Assembly (NCBI GenBank): GCA_041651155.1
Contig: JBAZJU010000001.1
Location: 261,596-325,595, forward strand
DNA from: Patescibacteria group bacterium
GTDB lineage: Bacteria > Patescibacteriota > Patescibacteriia > CAIXNZ01
Direction of reading: 5' to 3'
DNA length: 64,000 nucleotides
Positions 9,465 through 20,966 of the stretch are shown here, one piece after another. Each line of letters starts with the position of its first letter. Position 1 is the first letter of the stretch. The position numbers and the translations under genes are program-made. A model generated the notes under the pieces. That model saw only the letters and a program-made list of their open reading frames with translations, searched no databases and was not told the origin of the DNA.

Positions 9465-11279
9465 ATGATTAATATTAGAAATGTCGCAATCATCGCCCAT
9501 GTGGACCACGGCAAAACAACGCTGGTGGATGCTTTGCTGCGCCAATCAAAAACCAATTTGAATAAAGATGTGGTTGATACAGAACTAATCATGGACAGCA
9601 ACGAATTGGAAAAAGAACGCGGTATTACAATTTTCTCAAAAAACGCCTCAGTTATTTGGCAGGATGTGAAAATAAATATTATTGATACTCCTGGCCATGC
9701 TGATTTTGGCGGGGAAGTGGAGCGCGTTTTAAATATGGCTGACGGCTGTCTGCTTTTGGTTGACGCCAAAGAAGGGCCAATGCCGCAAACAAGATTTGTT
9801 TTGAAAAAAGCTTTGGAAATGGGCTTAAAAATTATTGTCGTAATCAATAAAATTGATAAGCCAGATGCTCGGCCTGATTTTGTTTTGGATAAAACTTTTG
9901 AATTGTTTATTGAACTGGGAGCTGATGATCAGGCTTTAAATTTTCCTGTTATTTACGCTGCAGCCAAACAAGGCAAAGCAGGCTTAGACAAAGACTTAAA
10001 TAAAATGACAGATATTAGTCCGGTTTTTGAAGCAATTTTAAAACATATCCCGGCGTTTTTAGGCGATTCTGACTTACCTTTACAAATGTTAGTTACAAAT
10101 ATCACTGGTGATAATTTTAAAGGCCGAATTGCAATCGGCCGGGTGCATAATGGCAAGATTAAAGCAGGCCAGGACGTAATGCATATCAATAGACTGGGCC
10201 AGATGGCTAAATATCGTTTGGTTTCGCTTATGACTTTTAAGGGTTTGGGCAGAATTGAAACAGCAGAAGTTCAAGCAGGCGATATTGCAGCCATTGCCGG
10301 AATTGATGATATTAATATCGGTGAAACCATTGCTGACACAGAAAATCCCAAAGCCTTACCGCTTTTAAATATTGATGAGCCGACAATTAAAATGGGCATT
10401 ATGGTTAATGATTCGCCATTTGCCGGCAAAGAAGGCAAATACAGTACTTCCAGGCAGATTAAAGAACGTTTATATAAAGAATTAGAAACTGACATGGCTT
10501 TGCGCGTTGAAGACGGTTTAAAAGGGGATTGGGTAATTTCTGGCCGCGGTGAATTACATTTAGCAATTGTGATTGAACGCATGAGGCGTGAAGGCTATGA
10601 ATTCCAGGTTTCACGTCCGCAGGTAATCAATAAAGAAATTGATGGTAAAAAATTAACACCCTATGAGCGGGTATTTATTGAAGTGCCTGAGGCTTATTAT
10701 GGTTCAGTCATGCAGAAATTAGGCTCTCGCAAAGGCGAATTAAAGGACATGAAAACTATTGAAGGTATTGTTTATTTAGAATTTATCGTACCGACTCGCG
10801 GTTTATTTGGTTATCGCAGTGAATTTTTAACAGACTCTCATGGCATGGGAATTATTAATACAACTTTTTATCAATATCTGCCTGATCCAAATAATTGGAA
10901 AGAAAAAGAGCAGGGCTCATTGGTTGCCCACGAAAGCGGTGTGACTAATTTATACGGTTTGCTTAATGTTCAAGACCGCGGTGTTTTATTTTACGGACCG
11001 GCTGTTCCGGTTTATGAAGGCGAAGTGGTTGGCCAAAATTCCAGGCCTGGAGATATTAGGGTAAATGTTTGTAAAACCAAACAATTATCAAATATGCGTT
11101 CTAAAGGTGATGGTTCGGCTGACCATTTTAATACTCCAAAAATAATGGACTTGGAAGACGCGCTTGAATATATTGGCGATGATGAATTGGTTGAGGTTAC
11201 GCCAAAAAATGTGCGTATTAGAAAAATTTATTTAAATGCGCTGACTGCAAAGAGAATGGCGCAGGCTGGTAAGGATTAA
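9465..11279 (+). CDS. typA: translational GTPase TypA/BipA
   Basis: 604 aa; AHVDHGKTT, DTPGHADF, NKIDK G-motifs and BipA length. Confidence 0.9.
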   Translation: MINIRNVAIIAHVDHGKTTLVDALLRQSKTNLNKDVVDTELIMDSNELEKERGITIFSKNASVIWQDVKINIIDTPGHADFGGEVERVLNMADGCLLLVDAKEGPMPQTRFVLKKALEMGLKIIVVINKIDKPDARPDFVLDKTFELFIELGADDQALNFPVIYAAAKQGKAGLDKDLNKMTDISPVFEAILKHIPAFLGDSDLPLQMLVTNITGDNFKGRIAIGRVHNGKIKAGQDVMHINRLGQMAKYRLVSLMTFKGLGRIETAEVQAGDIAAIAGIDDINIGETIADTENPKALPLLNIDEPTIKMGIMVNDSPFAGKEGKYSTSRQIKERLYKELETDMALRVEDGLKGDWVISGRGELHLAIVIERMRREGYEFQVSRPQVINKEIDGKKLTPYERVFIEVPEAYYGSVMQKLGSRKGELKDMKTIEGIVYLEFIVPTRGLFGYRSEFLTDSHGMGIINTTFYQYLPDPNNWKEKEQGSLVAHESGVTNLYGLLNVQDRGVLFYGPAVPVYEGEVVGQNSRPGDIRVNVCKTKQLSNMRSKGDGSADHFNTPKIMDLEDALEYIGDDELVEVTPKNVRIRKIYLNALTAKRMAQAGKD

Positions 11280-11405
11280 AAATCTTGTGGAGACGGAATC
11301 TAATTCCCAATTGGGAATTGGATTCCTAGAACTCTCAAAAATGTGGTATAATATTTGTAAGCCAATAAGCCAATAAGCCATTGGCCATTGGCCATATAAA
11401 TTTTT

Positions 11406-12167
11406 ATGATAAATTACCAGGAATTAAAAAAAATAGGCCTATCAGACAAAGAGGCTAAATTATATTTGACTTCTTTGCAGCGCGGTCCGGAAACAGCGCC
11501 GACTTTGGCAAAGTTGTCAGACATTGTTAGACCGACTGCTTACGTGATTATTGATAGTTTAACGAAAAAGGGCTTAATGAGTTCTACTGCCAAAGGAAAG
11601 AAAACTTTTTATACTGCTGAGTCGCCAGAGCATCTTTTGAGCCTGATACGTCTGCAAAAAAGAGAAATTGAAGAAAAAGAAAGGGAAATTTTTAAATTGA
11701 TTCCGCAATTAGAGTTGCTTGCCAATATAAAAGGGGAAAAGCCTAAAGTCAGGGTTTTTGAAGGTAAAGAAGGCTTAAAAGCAGTCATAGAGAGTATTTT
11801 AAAAAGCAAGACCAAAATTATTTACAGTTTCATGCCAGCTGATCGGCTTTTTGATTTATTCCCAGCGGATGAACATAAAGAATTTATGGCCAGTCCCCGA
11901 GTCAAGAAAGGAATTAAAGGGAAGCTTTTATATACCAGTAAAAATGGACATATTTATAAAGCTAAAGATCCGCAAAATTTACGCGAGGCAACTTTTATTG
12001 ACCAGAAAGATTTTCCTTTTGATTGCGGGATTGATATCTATGACGATAATATTGCTTTTTACACGTATAAAGGAGCAATAATGGGGGTTGTAATTGAGAA
12101 TACAGATATTGCCAATACGATGAAAACAGTTTTTAATATGATTTGGGAAAAATATAATAGAAAATAA
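11406..12167 (+). CDS. TrmB-family transcriptional regulator
   Basis: N-terminal wHTH resembling TrmB (LSDKEAKLYLTSLQRGPETAPTLAK), 253 aa. Confidence 0.55.
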   Translation: MINYQELKKIGLSDKEAKLYLTSLQRGPETAPTLAKLSDIVRPTAYVIIDSLTKKGLMSSTAKGKKTFYTAESPEHLLSLIRLQKREIEEKEREIFKLIPQLELLANIKGEKPKVRVFEGKEGLKAVIESILKSKTKIIYSFMPADRLFDLFPADEHKEFMASPRVKKGIKGKLLYTSKNGHIYKAKDPQNLREATFIDQKDFPFDCGIDIYDDNIAFYTYKGAIMGVVIENTDIANTMKTVFNMIWEKYNRK

Positions 12168-12187
12168 TTTTTTTTGCGTAGAATCCT

Positions 12188-12218
12188 GAAAATGTCAATA
12201 GCTATTGACATTTTTTTT
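12188..12218 (+). terminator. 13-bp perfect inverted repeat + T8 (terminator, possibly also an operator)
   Basis: aaaatgtcaatag/ctattgacatttt then tttttttt. Confidence 0.5.
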
Positions 12219-12783
12219 AATTTATGGTAGAATACCAGATTGATTGTCGGAGGGGAGATACTTTTGGGCAAGGAGGTGAAATAATCATGGGAGCAGGATG
12301 AAATATCTCAAAGATGCCTAAAGGGCTGAGAACATGAACAGATTTAGTTAGTATAAAAAGTAAACCACTAGCTGACAAAATTAAAGGATTGTCCTTTGGC
12401 AAAATCAAGAAGCAAAACATGACAATAAGGAGAAGCGTACTTGAAAAAAAGAAGCAGACTCTGTCGTCTGGGCCGTTATAATTAAAGAAAAAATGGTTTG
12501 GCCTAGGCTGACTTATATGCGATGATTCAGTCCATATCCCATCAGGCTTATCAGAAGCAAGCCAGTAGATAAAGAATTAATGGGGTGGATAGAGAATCAA
12601 GTACTCAACGAGCAAAATGGCTTTCGGAAATTTCGCAAATGCGAAAAATCCGGAAGCCATTTTTTCTTTTCTAAAATTTTTTTTCAAATGTACAATCTAG
12701 TATAAATTGACTTTAATTTAATACAAATAACCTTTATTTTATGAGCCTTTTTAGCATTATTTTGAAATTTGGTATAAGGGGGC

Positions 12784-12818
12784 TTGACAAATTTTTTTAC
12801 TTATGCTAAGATGCTATA
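12784..12818 (+). promoter_or_regulatory. strong sigma70-like promoter at left edge of the Rsr island
   Basis: TTGACA aatttttttacttatgc TAAGAT gc TATATT. Confidence 0.55.
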
Positions 12819-12819
12819 T

Positions 12820-13828
12820 TAACTAAAAAAAGTTTCTGGAAAAAAAGTTAGCAGAGGGAATAGTACAAATAAGATTTTGCAGCATTGATCCCGAAAGCCC
12901 CAAGAATTGGGGATCAATCTGGTCTTATTTGCACTATCCTCTTTGTTAAAACAAAGAGTCCCATGCTTATCGCCGCTCTTTAAAAAAATAATTTCACTGC
13001 GTGCTTTTGCAGCTTTATAGAATTAAGGCTCCAGAATGGACGCAGTGAAAAATGCTGGTAGGAAAATTTTTCCTGCGGCTTGCCAAAATGAACTGGGAGT
13101 ATTTCCTACTCCCGAATCCTGGGTCACCTTGTTAATTATTGTCCTTAGATTATTGATCAGAGCAAATAAGTCCTGTAAAAAGGATAAATCAAAGATAAGC
13201 CAGGAATCTCAGTCGCTTGAAAAAGCAGCTGATTGGGAGAGGGAAATCTCCGACGACTTATCTGCGATTTCAGCAATGATTATTTGCTTAAGGGATAAAA
13301 CCCGTGATCAATCGGAGGACTGCATAACGAGGTTACTTCAAAAACAATGAAGCTGGGCTTTCTCAGTTCATTTGGCAAGCACTAAACGCAAGTAAAAACA
13401 GTTAGTCGTTATAGCAAGAGATGACTAAACTGTTTTTACTTGGAGGAACAGCAATACTCTGGATTTCTTGCAGCTCTTTATCCCGCAAGGGAAACCTTAA
13501 TTTCTTTTTGCCTTCACTCTTTTGCTAAGAGCGATCATGCTCGCGGTGATTTCCCGGCAAAAGACTTGGGCTGCGAATTGAGGTTACTCCAATAAAAGAT
13601 TAATAACAGAGATCTGTTGCCAGAGTGTTGGCTGTTCCAAATTTTAAAATATCAAAGGGCTTTTACGCCCTTTTCTTAAACTCTATAATTTTTGTTGCTA
13701 TGTAATCCTTCGCGCTACATAGCAGAATAAAGGATTGTAGGATTTAAAAAACACATTAACTAAGCTAGTGTGCAAGGTACATTACAATTTTCAACCAACT
13801 AATAACTTAGGACAAAAGGAGGTCCCAG
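12820..13828 (+). ncRNA. about 1-kb ORF-poor structured transcript upstream of the Ro60/Rsr gene; candidate Y-RNA-like RNA(s), boundaries unknown
   Basis: no credible long ORF; many stable hairpins (12884-12918, 12996-13050, 13094-13112, 13395-13443 16-bp stem, 13665-13682, 13700-13726); immediately 5' of a TROVE-domain gene. Confidence 0.3.
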
Positions 13829-15508
13829 ATGAAGAATATTGCGAGATTGATTAAGTCAGTAAAGGCTGCCAACCAGGGCTCTCAAACTCATCCCAATAGG
13901 GAAGGGGCTCCGAGTTTCTATCGGAGTATAAAAGAGCAGGTTGTGCAGATCCTCACCACTGGGACCTTAAGCAACACCTTTTATGCCTCGACCGAGCAAC
14001 TCGGCAGGGAAGCCATAGAGGTTTTGTTGCAGGCAAGGCAAGAGTGTCCGGAATTTTTGGCTAAGGCCGTTGCCTATGCCAGGAATGAGGGACTACTCAA
14101 GTCAATGCCGGTCCTGGGGCTAGCGATGCTCTCCGGAGAGAGAAAGGCCAAGCAATACTTCCAGGCCACTTTTAATCAGGTAGTAAAAACGCCGGATGAT
14201 TTGAGGGCATTTGTACTGCTCTGCAAATCAGGCGTTATACCTGGGCGAAAGGGCTTGGGCGGGATGACTCGTGATGCGGTGGCGAACTGGCTGGGAAATC
14301 TTTCAGAGTATCACACGATGAAATACGGTTCGGCCGTTTCTCGTGAGATTACACTCAGAGATATACTTCGCTTAGCTCACCCCAAACCGCAAAACGAAGC
14401 TCTCTCCGAGCGTTTCGGCTACTTGGTTTCAGGGAAGCGGGCTTTGAGTGCAAACTCTGGTCTTAATCCCCAGATTCGCATGCTGGAAACTTTGAAGCGG
14501 GCGACTACTGAAGAAGAGACGCTGAACCTCGTGCGCGAGGGTAAGCTGCCTTTTGAAGTAGTCATTCCTGCGGTTAAAGCGACCACGCCTGCAATCTGGT
14601 CAGCTCTGCTTCATAACGCGCCCTACTTTAACTTGCTGAGAAATTTGGTGACGTTCACGCGCCATCAGGTTTTTTTAAGCGAGGCAGAGGTAGAGTACGC
14701 TGTGCAGCGGCTGACTGACGCCAGAGCTGTCGAGCGTTCGAAAGTGTTGCCGTTCCGGTACTTCCAGGCCTGGCAGCAGTATGTGGCGATGGAAAATCCA
14801 GACAGCCTGATCGCAGATGCACTGCGACAGGCTTTGGAGCTTTCCTTTGTTAACATGCCATCGCTGGGTTCTTGCCAGATTGCGATCGGTACTGATACTA
14901 GTGGTTCAATGGGCAGTCAGGTCTCTGAAAAGAGCTCGACTCGTTTCATTGATATCGCAGGTATCTTTACCGGTGCATTACTGCGCAAGGCAGAAGGCCG
15001 GGTTATTCCTTTACCTTTCGACACCGAGATCCACATCAACCATGGTCTTTCTGGCCGTGATGAAATACTCACGACTACTGATAAGATCAGCCATTGGTGT
15101 GGCGGTGGCACTGCGGTTGGCGCGCCGATACAGTTCCTACTTGATCGACGGATTTCCGTTGATGTCTTTATTGGCATCACTGATCAGGAGGAATGGGCGT
15201 ATGGCGGCGGATATCCCTGTCGTGGGAGTTTCCTTGACTTGTGGCACGAGTACCGCAAGCAGGTTAACCCTCATTGCAAGGCATATCTGGTAACCATTGC
15301 CCCGTATCGAGACGCGGTTGCACCGCAGGGCGAGGAAGGTATTCGTTTCACCTACGGATGGAACGACAGCGTGCTCGGTTACATTGCCAATGATCTGGCA
15401 GGCGGCGCAAGCCAAATCCAGGCCATTGAGCAAATGGAGCTTGAGTTCGTTGGGGATAACGGTCCGCTTTCCGAGACCGCTAGCGAGGACGCGCAGATTG
15501 AAGATTAA
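13829..15508 (+). CDS. rsr: Ro60-like TROVE-domain protein with C-terminal vWA/MIDAS domain (Rsr ortholog)
   Basis: 559 aa; RBS aaaggagg; helical N-terminal domain, then IAIGTDTSGSMGS (DxSxS MIDAS) as in Ro60/Rsr; G/C-rich codon usage. Confidence 0.7.
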   Translation: MKNIARLIKSVKAANQGSQTHPNREGAPSFYRSIKEQVVQILTTGTLSNTFYASTEQLGREAIEVLLQARQECPEFLAKAVAYARNEGLLKSMPVLGLAMLSGERKAKQYFQATFNQVVKTPDDLRAFVLLCKSGVIPGRKGLGGMTRDAVANWLGNLSEYHTMKYGSAVSREITLRDILRLAHPKPQNEALSERFGYLVSGKRALSANSGLNPQIRMLETLKRATTEEETLNLVREGKLPFEVVIPAVKATTPAIWSALLHNAPYFNLLRNLVTFTRHQVFLSEAEVEYAVQRLTDARAVERSKVLPFRYFQAWQQYVAMENPDSLIADALRQALELSFVNMPSLGSCQIAIGTDTSGSMGSQVSEKSSTRFIDIAGIFTGALLRKAEGRVIPLPFDTEIHINHGLSGRDEILTTTDKISHWCGGGTAVGAPIQFLLDRRISVDVFIGITDQEEWAYGGGYPCRGSFLDLWHEYRKQVNPHCKAYLVTIAPYRDAVAPQGEEGIRFTYGWNDSVLGYIANDLAGGASQIQAIEQMELEFVGDNGPLSETASEDAQIED

Positions 15509-15871
15509 CCATGGGGTTAGTCTTCACTTCCAAATGGAAGTCCCACATCAGACTGCGCGAAGCTCTGTTTCCGCATTGCGGAGATCTTTACCTTTACTGC
15601 GGTTAATGTGATGCCACACGTTTTCTGCGGTTCTGTGTGATGACCAGAGAGCACCCTGGGTCTAAAAGACCGAAACCAATTGTTTAGACTTTAATGTCTG
15701 ACAATTGTCCCAAATGGGATCAGGGATAAATTAAGTGGGAGAACGTAGATTCTTCCAGGGTGACAAAAAGTCACCCTGTTCATTCAAAGCTTGTAAATAC
15801 TTGTAGGTTTTGAAGGTAACATCAGATTTGCTGGTGTTAAAAAGTAAATTGAAAAAATAGGGAGGTGCTAA

Positions 15872-16921
15872 ATGATTTATACAGATACAGCTTTACTAAA
15901 TTTAAATCCTGCAGATTTAGCGCAAGCAGATGACGCGGAAATCAATGCGCTTAGAAAACTTCTGCACCAAATGTGGGATGAGAGCAAGGGAGATGATAAA
16001 AAATACCATCGAGCTATTTGGGAACTCTGGGGTAGCTTATCTTATCCTTTCACGTCCACGGAAGTTGCTGAATATCAGGCAGAGAGAGAACTCACGCCTC
16101 GCCAGGCTTGGATTAAAAACTATAACGAGCGATTTAAGCCGGATAGTGATATTCTTTGCCTTAGCGATGCCGAGTTCGATGAAGTCTTTCGGCTTCTGCT
16201 TCGGCCTTATTCGGAAATTTATCAGCGTCTTGATGAACTAACGTCAAAACGCTGGAATCCTTTCCAGGCTGAATATTTGTATGAACTTGAACATATGACT
16301 TTCCCGATCTGTAAGCGGGATAGCTGGCTGGTCAGCAAAATCATGCAATATGATTTGGATGACTATAAAACCAGGATACTTCCTCACCTCGGTCTTAAGA
16401 CCGAATGGCAGGAAGAGTCTGATGCCGAATATGAGGAATATCTTCTTGAGCTTTCTAATCGTAGCCTCTGGAGAAAATCTATTGACAAACTGAGATCTTG
16501 GAAATGGAGAATTAAATCTCTGTTTCAGAAACGTGAAAGTCCCTGGGAGCAACCTGGCATTCAGCAAGCCCTAACAGGCAGCATCTATGAGCAATCTCCG
16601 AGTGCATATGTACAGCTTAGATTCAGACGGGGTTATCACGAATTACCTGATCTAGTTTTTGTTCCCTTGGTACCTCTGGAATATTTCCGTCTTTCGTTCA
16701 ATGGGCATGCTCTCTGCGGGTATGCTTACGGTCCTTGTTATTCTGAATATGGCATGCTTGACATGCTCGACAATTTTACCGGCAATGACGATGATTGGCG
16801 ATTCATGGACGGTTTTAGTTACGAATTCAATCCGGTCAATTCATTTCCATGGAAGGATGAATTACCGGGTAATCCTGACCGCCTTTCGAATGATCATCGC
16901 ATTGAATGCCGTTATTATTGA
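15872..16921 (+). CDS. hypothetical protein (Trp/Tyr-rich), co-oriented with rsr
   Basis: 349 aa ORF with RBS gggagg; followed by terminator hairpin. Confidence 0.5.
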   Translation: MIYTDTALLNLNPADLAQADDAEINALRKLLHQMWDESKGDDKKYHRAIWELWGSLSYPFTSTEVAEYQAERELTPRQAWIKNYNERFKPDSDILCLSDAEFDEVFRLLLRPYSEIYQRLDELTSKRWNPFQAEYLYELEHMTFPICKRDSWLVSKIMQYDLDDYKTRILPHLGLKTEWQEESDAEYEEYLLELSNRSLWRKSIDKLRSWKWRIKSLFQKRESPWEQPGIQQALTGSIYEQSPSAYVQLRFRRGYHELPDLVFVPLVPLEYFRLSFNGHALCGYAYGPCYSEYGMLDMLDNFTGNDDDWRFMDGFSYEFNPVNSFPWKDELPGNPDRLSNDHRIECRYY

Positions 16922-16930
16922 TTATTTGCA

Positions 16931-16976
16931 CCCCACCAGATCAGCCCTCGGGCCTCTGGTGGGGTTATTCATTTTC
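16931..16976 (+). terminator. intrinsic terminator
   Basis: ccccaccaga...tctggtgggg 10-bp stem then T-rich. Confidence 0.5.
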
Positions 16977-17074
16977 AAACCTCCTTGGGTGCTGTGAAAA
17001 AATGGAACAAAGAAGTGGTTTCCCAAACAGCAACCCTTAACAATTGGCTAGAATGCCAATGAGGAGGTAAAATT

Positions 17075-17659
17075 ATGTGGAGTGATAATGGTTTAGCGAG
17101 TGAGCATCTTCAACCAAATTTTCCTAAAAATGTTTGGAGAGCTCTCTACCGGCATCTATGTGGGATTGATCCTAATTGGTGTACAGCTCATTTCATATTC
17201 GATGAAAAATGTGAGATCATTAGGTCATTCTTTAATGGTCCAAAATTTGGAGATTTTGGATCTTTAGTAAAACTCCCTAAACTTCTAAGGGGACAATTTT
17301 TTGAACGGTTGAAAACATACATGTTAGCACATCCATATAAATCTAACATTGTCGGCGATACCCGTTATGGTATCAAATTCTATAACCCTAGCTACAAAAT
17401 TGAACTCATCAATGGCCGAACGGAAATTGTCTTTGAACATTGTGTTGAGGGAATTGTTCAAAACTATAACCCTCAAAAACATACTTTTGAGATTCAAAAT
17501 CTGCGCGACATGTTTAGCGGGAAATCTGAAATGAGGGTTATTGATGGGAAGACATGGAATCAGTCCTGGAAAATGACAATGCAGGAACTTAAGCAACAGC
17601 TTAAGGATGATGGCCCTAATTTTCAGGCAACTGAAATATGCTATTTACCCCCAAAATAA
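17075..17659 (+). CDS. hypothetical protein
   Basis: 194 aa ORF with RBS gaggagg. Confidence 0.5.
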   Translation: MWSDNGLASEHLQPNFPKNVWRALYRHLCGIDPNWCTAHFIFDEKCEIIRSFFNGPKFGDFGSLVKLPKLLRGQFFERLKTYMLAHPYKSNIVGDTRYGIKFYNPSYKIELINGRTEIVFEHCVEGIVQNYNPQKHTFEIQNLRDMFSGKSEMRVIDGKTWNQSWKMTMQELKQQLKDDGPNFQATEICYLPPK

Positions 17660-17673
17660 TCAATTAGCCGCAA

Positions 17674-17706
17674 AGCCCTGAACTCAACGAAGTTCAGGGC
17701 TCTTTT
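17674..17706 (+). terminator. intrinsic terminator (right edge of island)
   Basis: agccctgaact/agttcagggct 11-bp stem + tctttt. Confidence 0.55.
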
Positions 17707-17787
17707 AATTATGTCAGAGTTACAAAAAAGCAGACACAAATGTCTGCTTTTAAAATTTACCTGCTAAAGCAGGGTATAAAAATAATT

Positions 17788-19905
<2,118 letters not shown>

Positions 19906-20105
19906 AAATTGTTATAAGCAAATAAGCGACGGATTTGGCATCGCTTTCTAAGATAATTATATCATAGATTAGAGTATGGCTCAAGTTTGATTTTTACTAA
20001 GTAAAGTTAAAATGGTATAATGTAATTGATAAATACAAAAGACAAAATTCAAAAGATAAAATAAATCTAAATACAAAAATTCAAAATTTAAAATTAGGAT
20101 GTACT

Positions 20106-20948
20106 ATGATTCCAGAGGATAAAATATATGAAAAGCAGCTGGGGTTTTCTTATTGGTATGTGACCCACAAGCTTTTGTTAAAAACTATTATAACTATTAT
20201 TTTGTTAGTTATAAATTTTGGTTTAATTGCGTATTTTCTTTTTTTAGCGATTTTTAATCTGGCTATTTTTCAAAAAAGCTATCAGGCTATTCTGAACGAT
20301 TTAGTTTCGGCCAATCCTGACTATGCCATCTTGCGCCAGTTTAATTTGCCGCCTGAAATCAAAGTTGAGAGTATTACTACGTTGCAAAATACTGTCGGTT
20401 ATGATATTGTAGCGGAAATCAGCAATGCTAACGACAAATGGTACGCGACTTTTGATTATCAGTTTAAAATAGGCGCTGAATTAACTCCTGTTAGAAAAGA
20501 ATTTATTTATCCGGGGGAAACAAAGAAAATTGTTAATCTGTCGGTCGTGGACGGAAATTTAGCTTCTGAAGCGGTTATTTCCAATGTAATCTGGCAAAAG
20601 GAAATTGATTTTGCCCAGCTGTATCAGGAAAAATTTAAATTTAATATTAAGGATGTGAAATTTATTCCTGCCCAGGAACTTGGCTTGGGAGAGAAAGTCC
20701 CGGTCAGCCGCGTTAGTTTGACGATTGAAAATTTAAGCGCCTATAATTACAAAAATATAAATTTATTAATCACCTTGAGCTCTGGCGGTCAGCCGGCTGC
20801 CCTTACTCAATTTCCGAGCAGTACGCTTGCTAGCGGCGCCTCTAGAAATTTGGATATTAATTTTTTCCAGCGTTTGCCCAAAATTGACAAGGTGGAAGTT
20901 ATCCCAGAAGCGAATATTTTTGATGAGTCTATATTTTTGAAATATTAA
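20106..20948 (+). CDS. hypothetical membrane protein upstream of ftsW
   Basis: 280 aa; one N-terminal TM helix. Confidence 0.45.
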   Translation: MIPEDKIYEKQLGFSYWYVTHKLLLKTIITIILLVINFGLIAYFLFLAIFNLAIFQKSYQAILNDLVSANPDYAILRQFNLPPEIKVESITTLQNTVGYDIVAEISNANDKWYATFDYQFKIGAELTPVRKEFIYPGETKKIVNLSVVDGNLASEAVISNVIWQKEIDFAQLYQEKFKFNIKDVKFIPAQELGLGEKVPVSRVSLTIENLSAYNYKNINLLITLSSGGQPAALTQFPSSTLASGASRNLDINFFQRLPKIDKVEVIPEANIFDESIFLKY

Positions 20949-20966
20949 GCAGGGGTCTTTGATTTT

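Noticed and set aside
12219-12780. About 560 bp between the trmB-like terminator and the island promoter, considered as a degraded gene
   Set aside because: Stops occur in all frames within short distances and no protein similarity was recognisable. Treated as a junction or scar region, not annotated.
13036-13350. 104-aa ORF inside the structured region upstream of rsr
   Set aside because: Weak RBS, no recognisable motif, and it spans several strong hairpins. It is more likely to be non-coding, though a small protein cannot be excluded.
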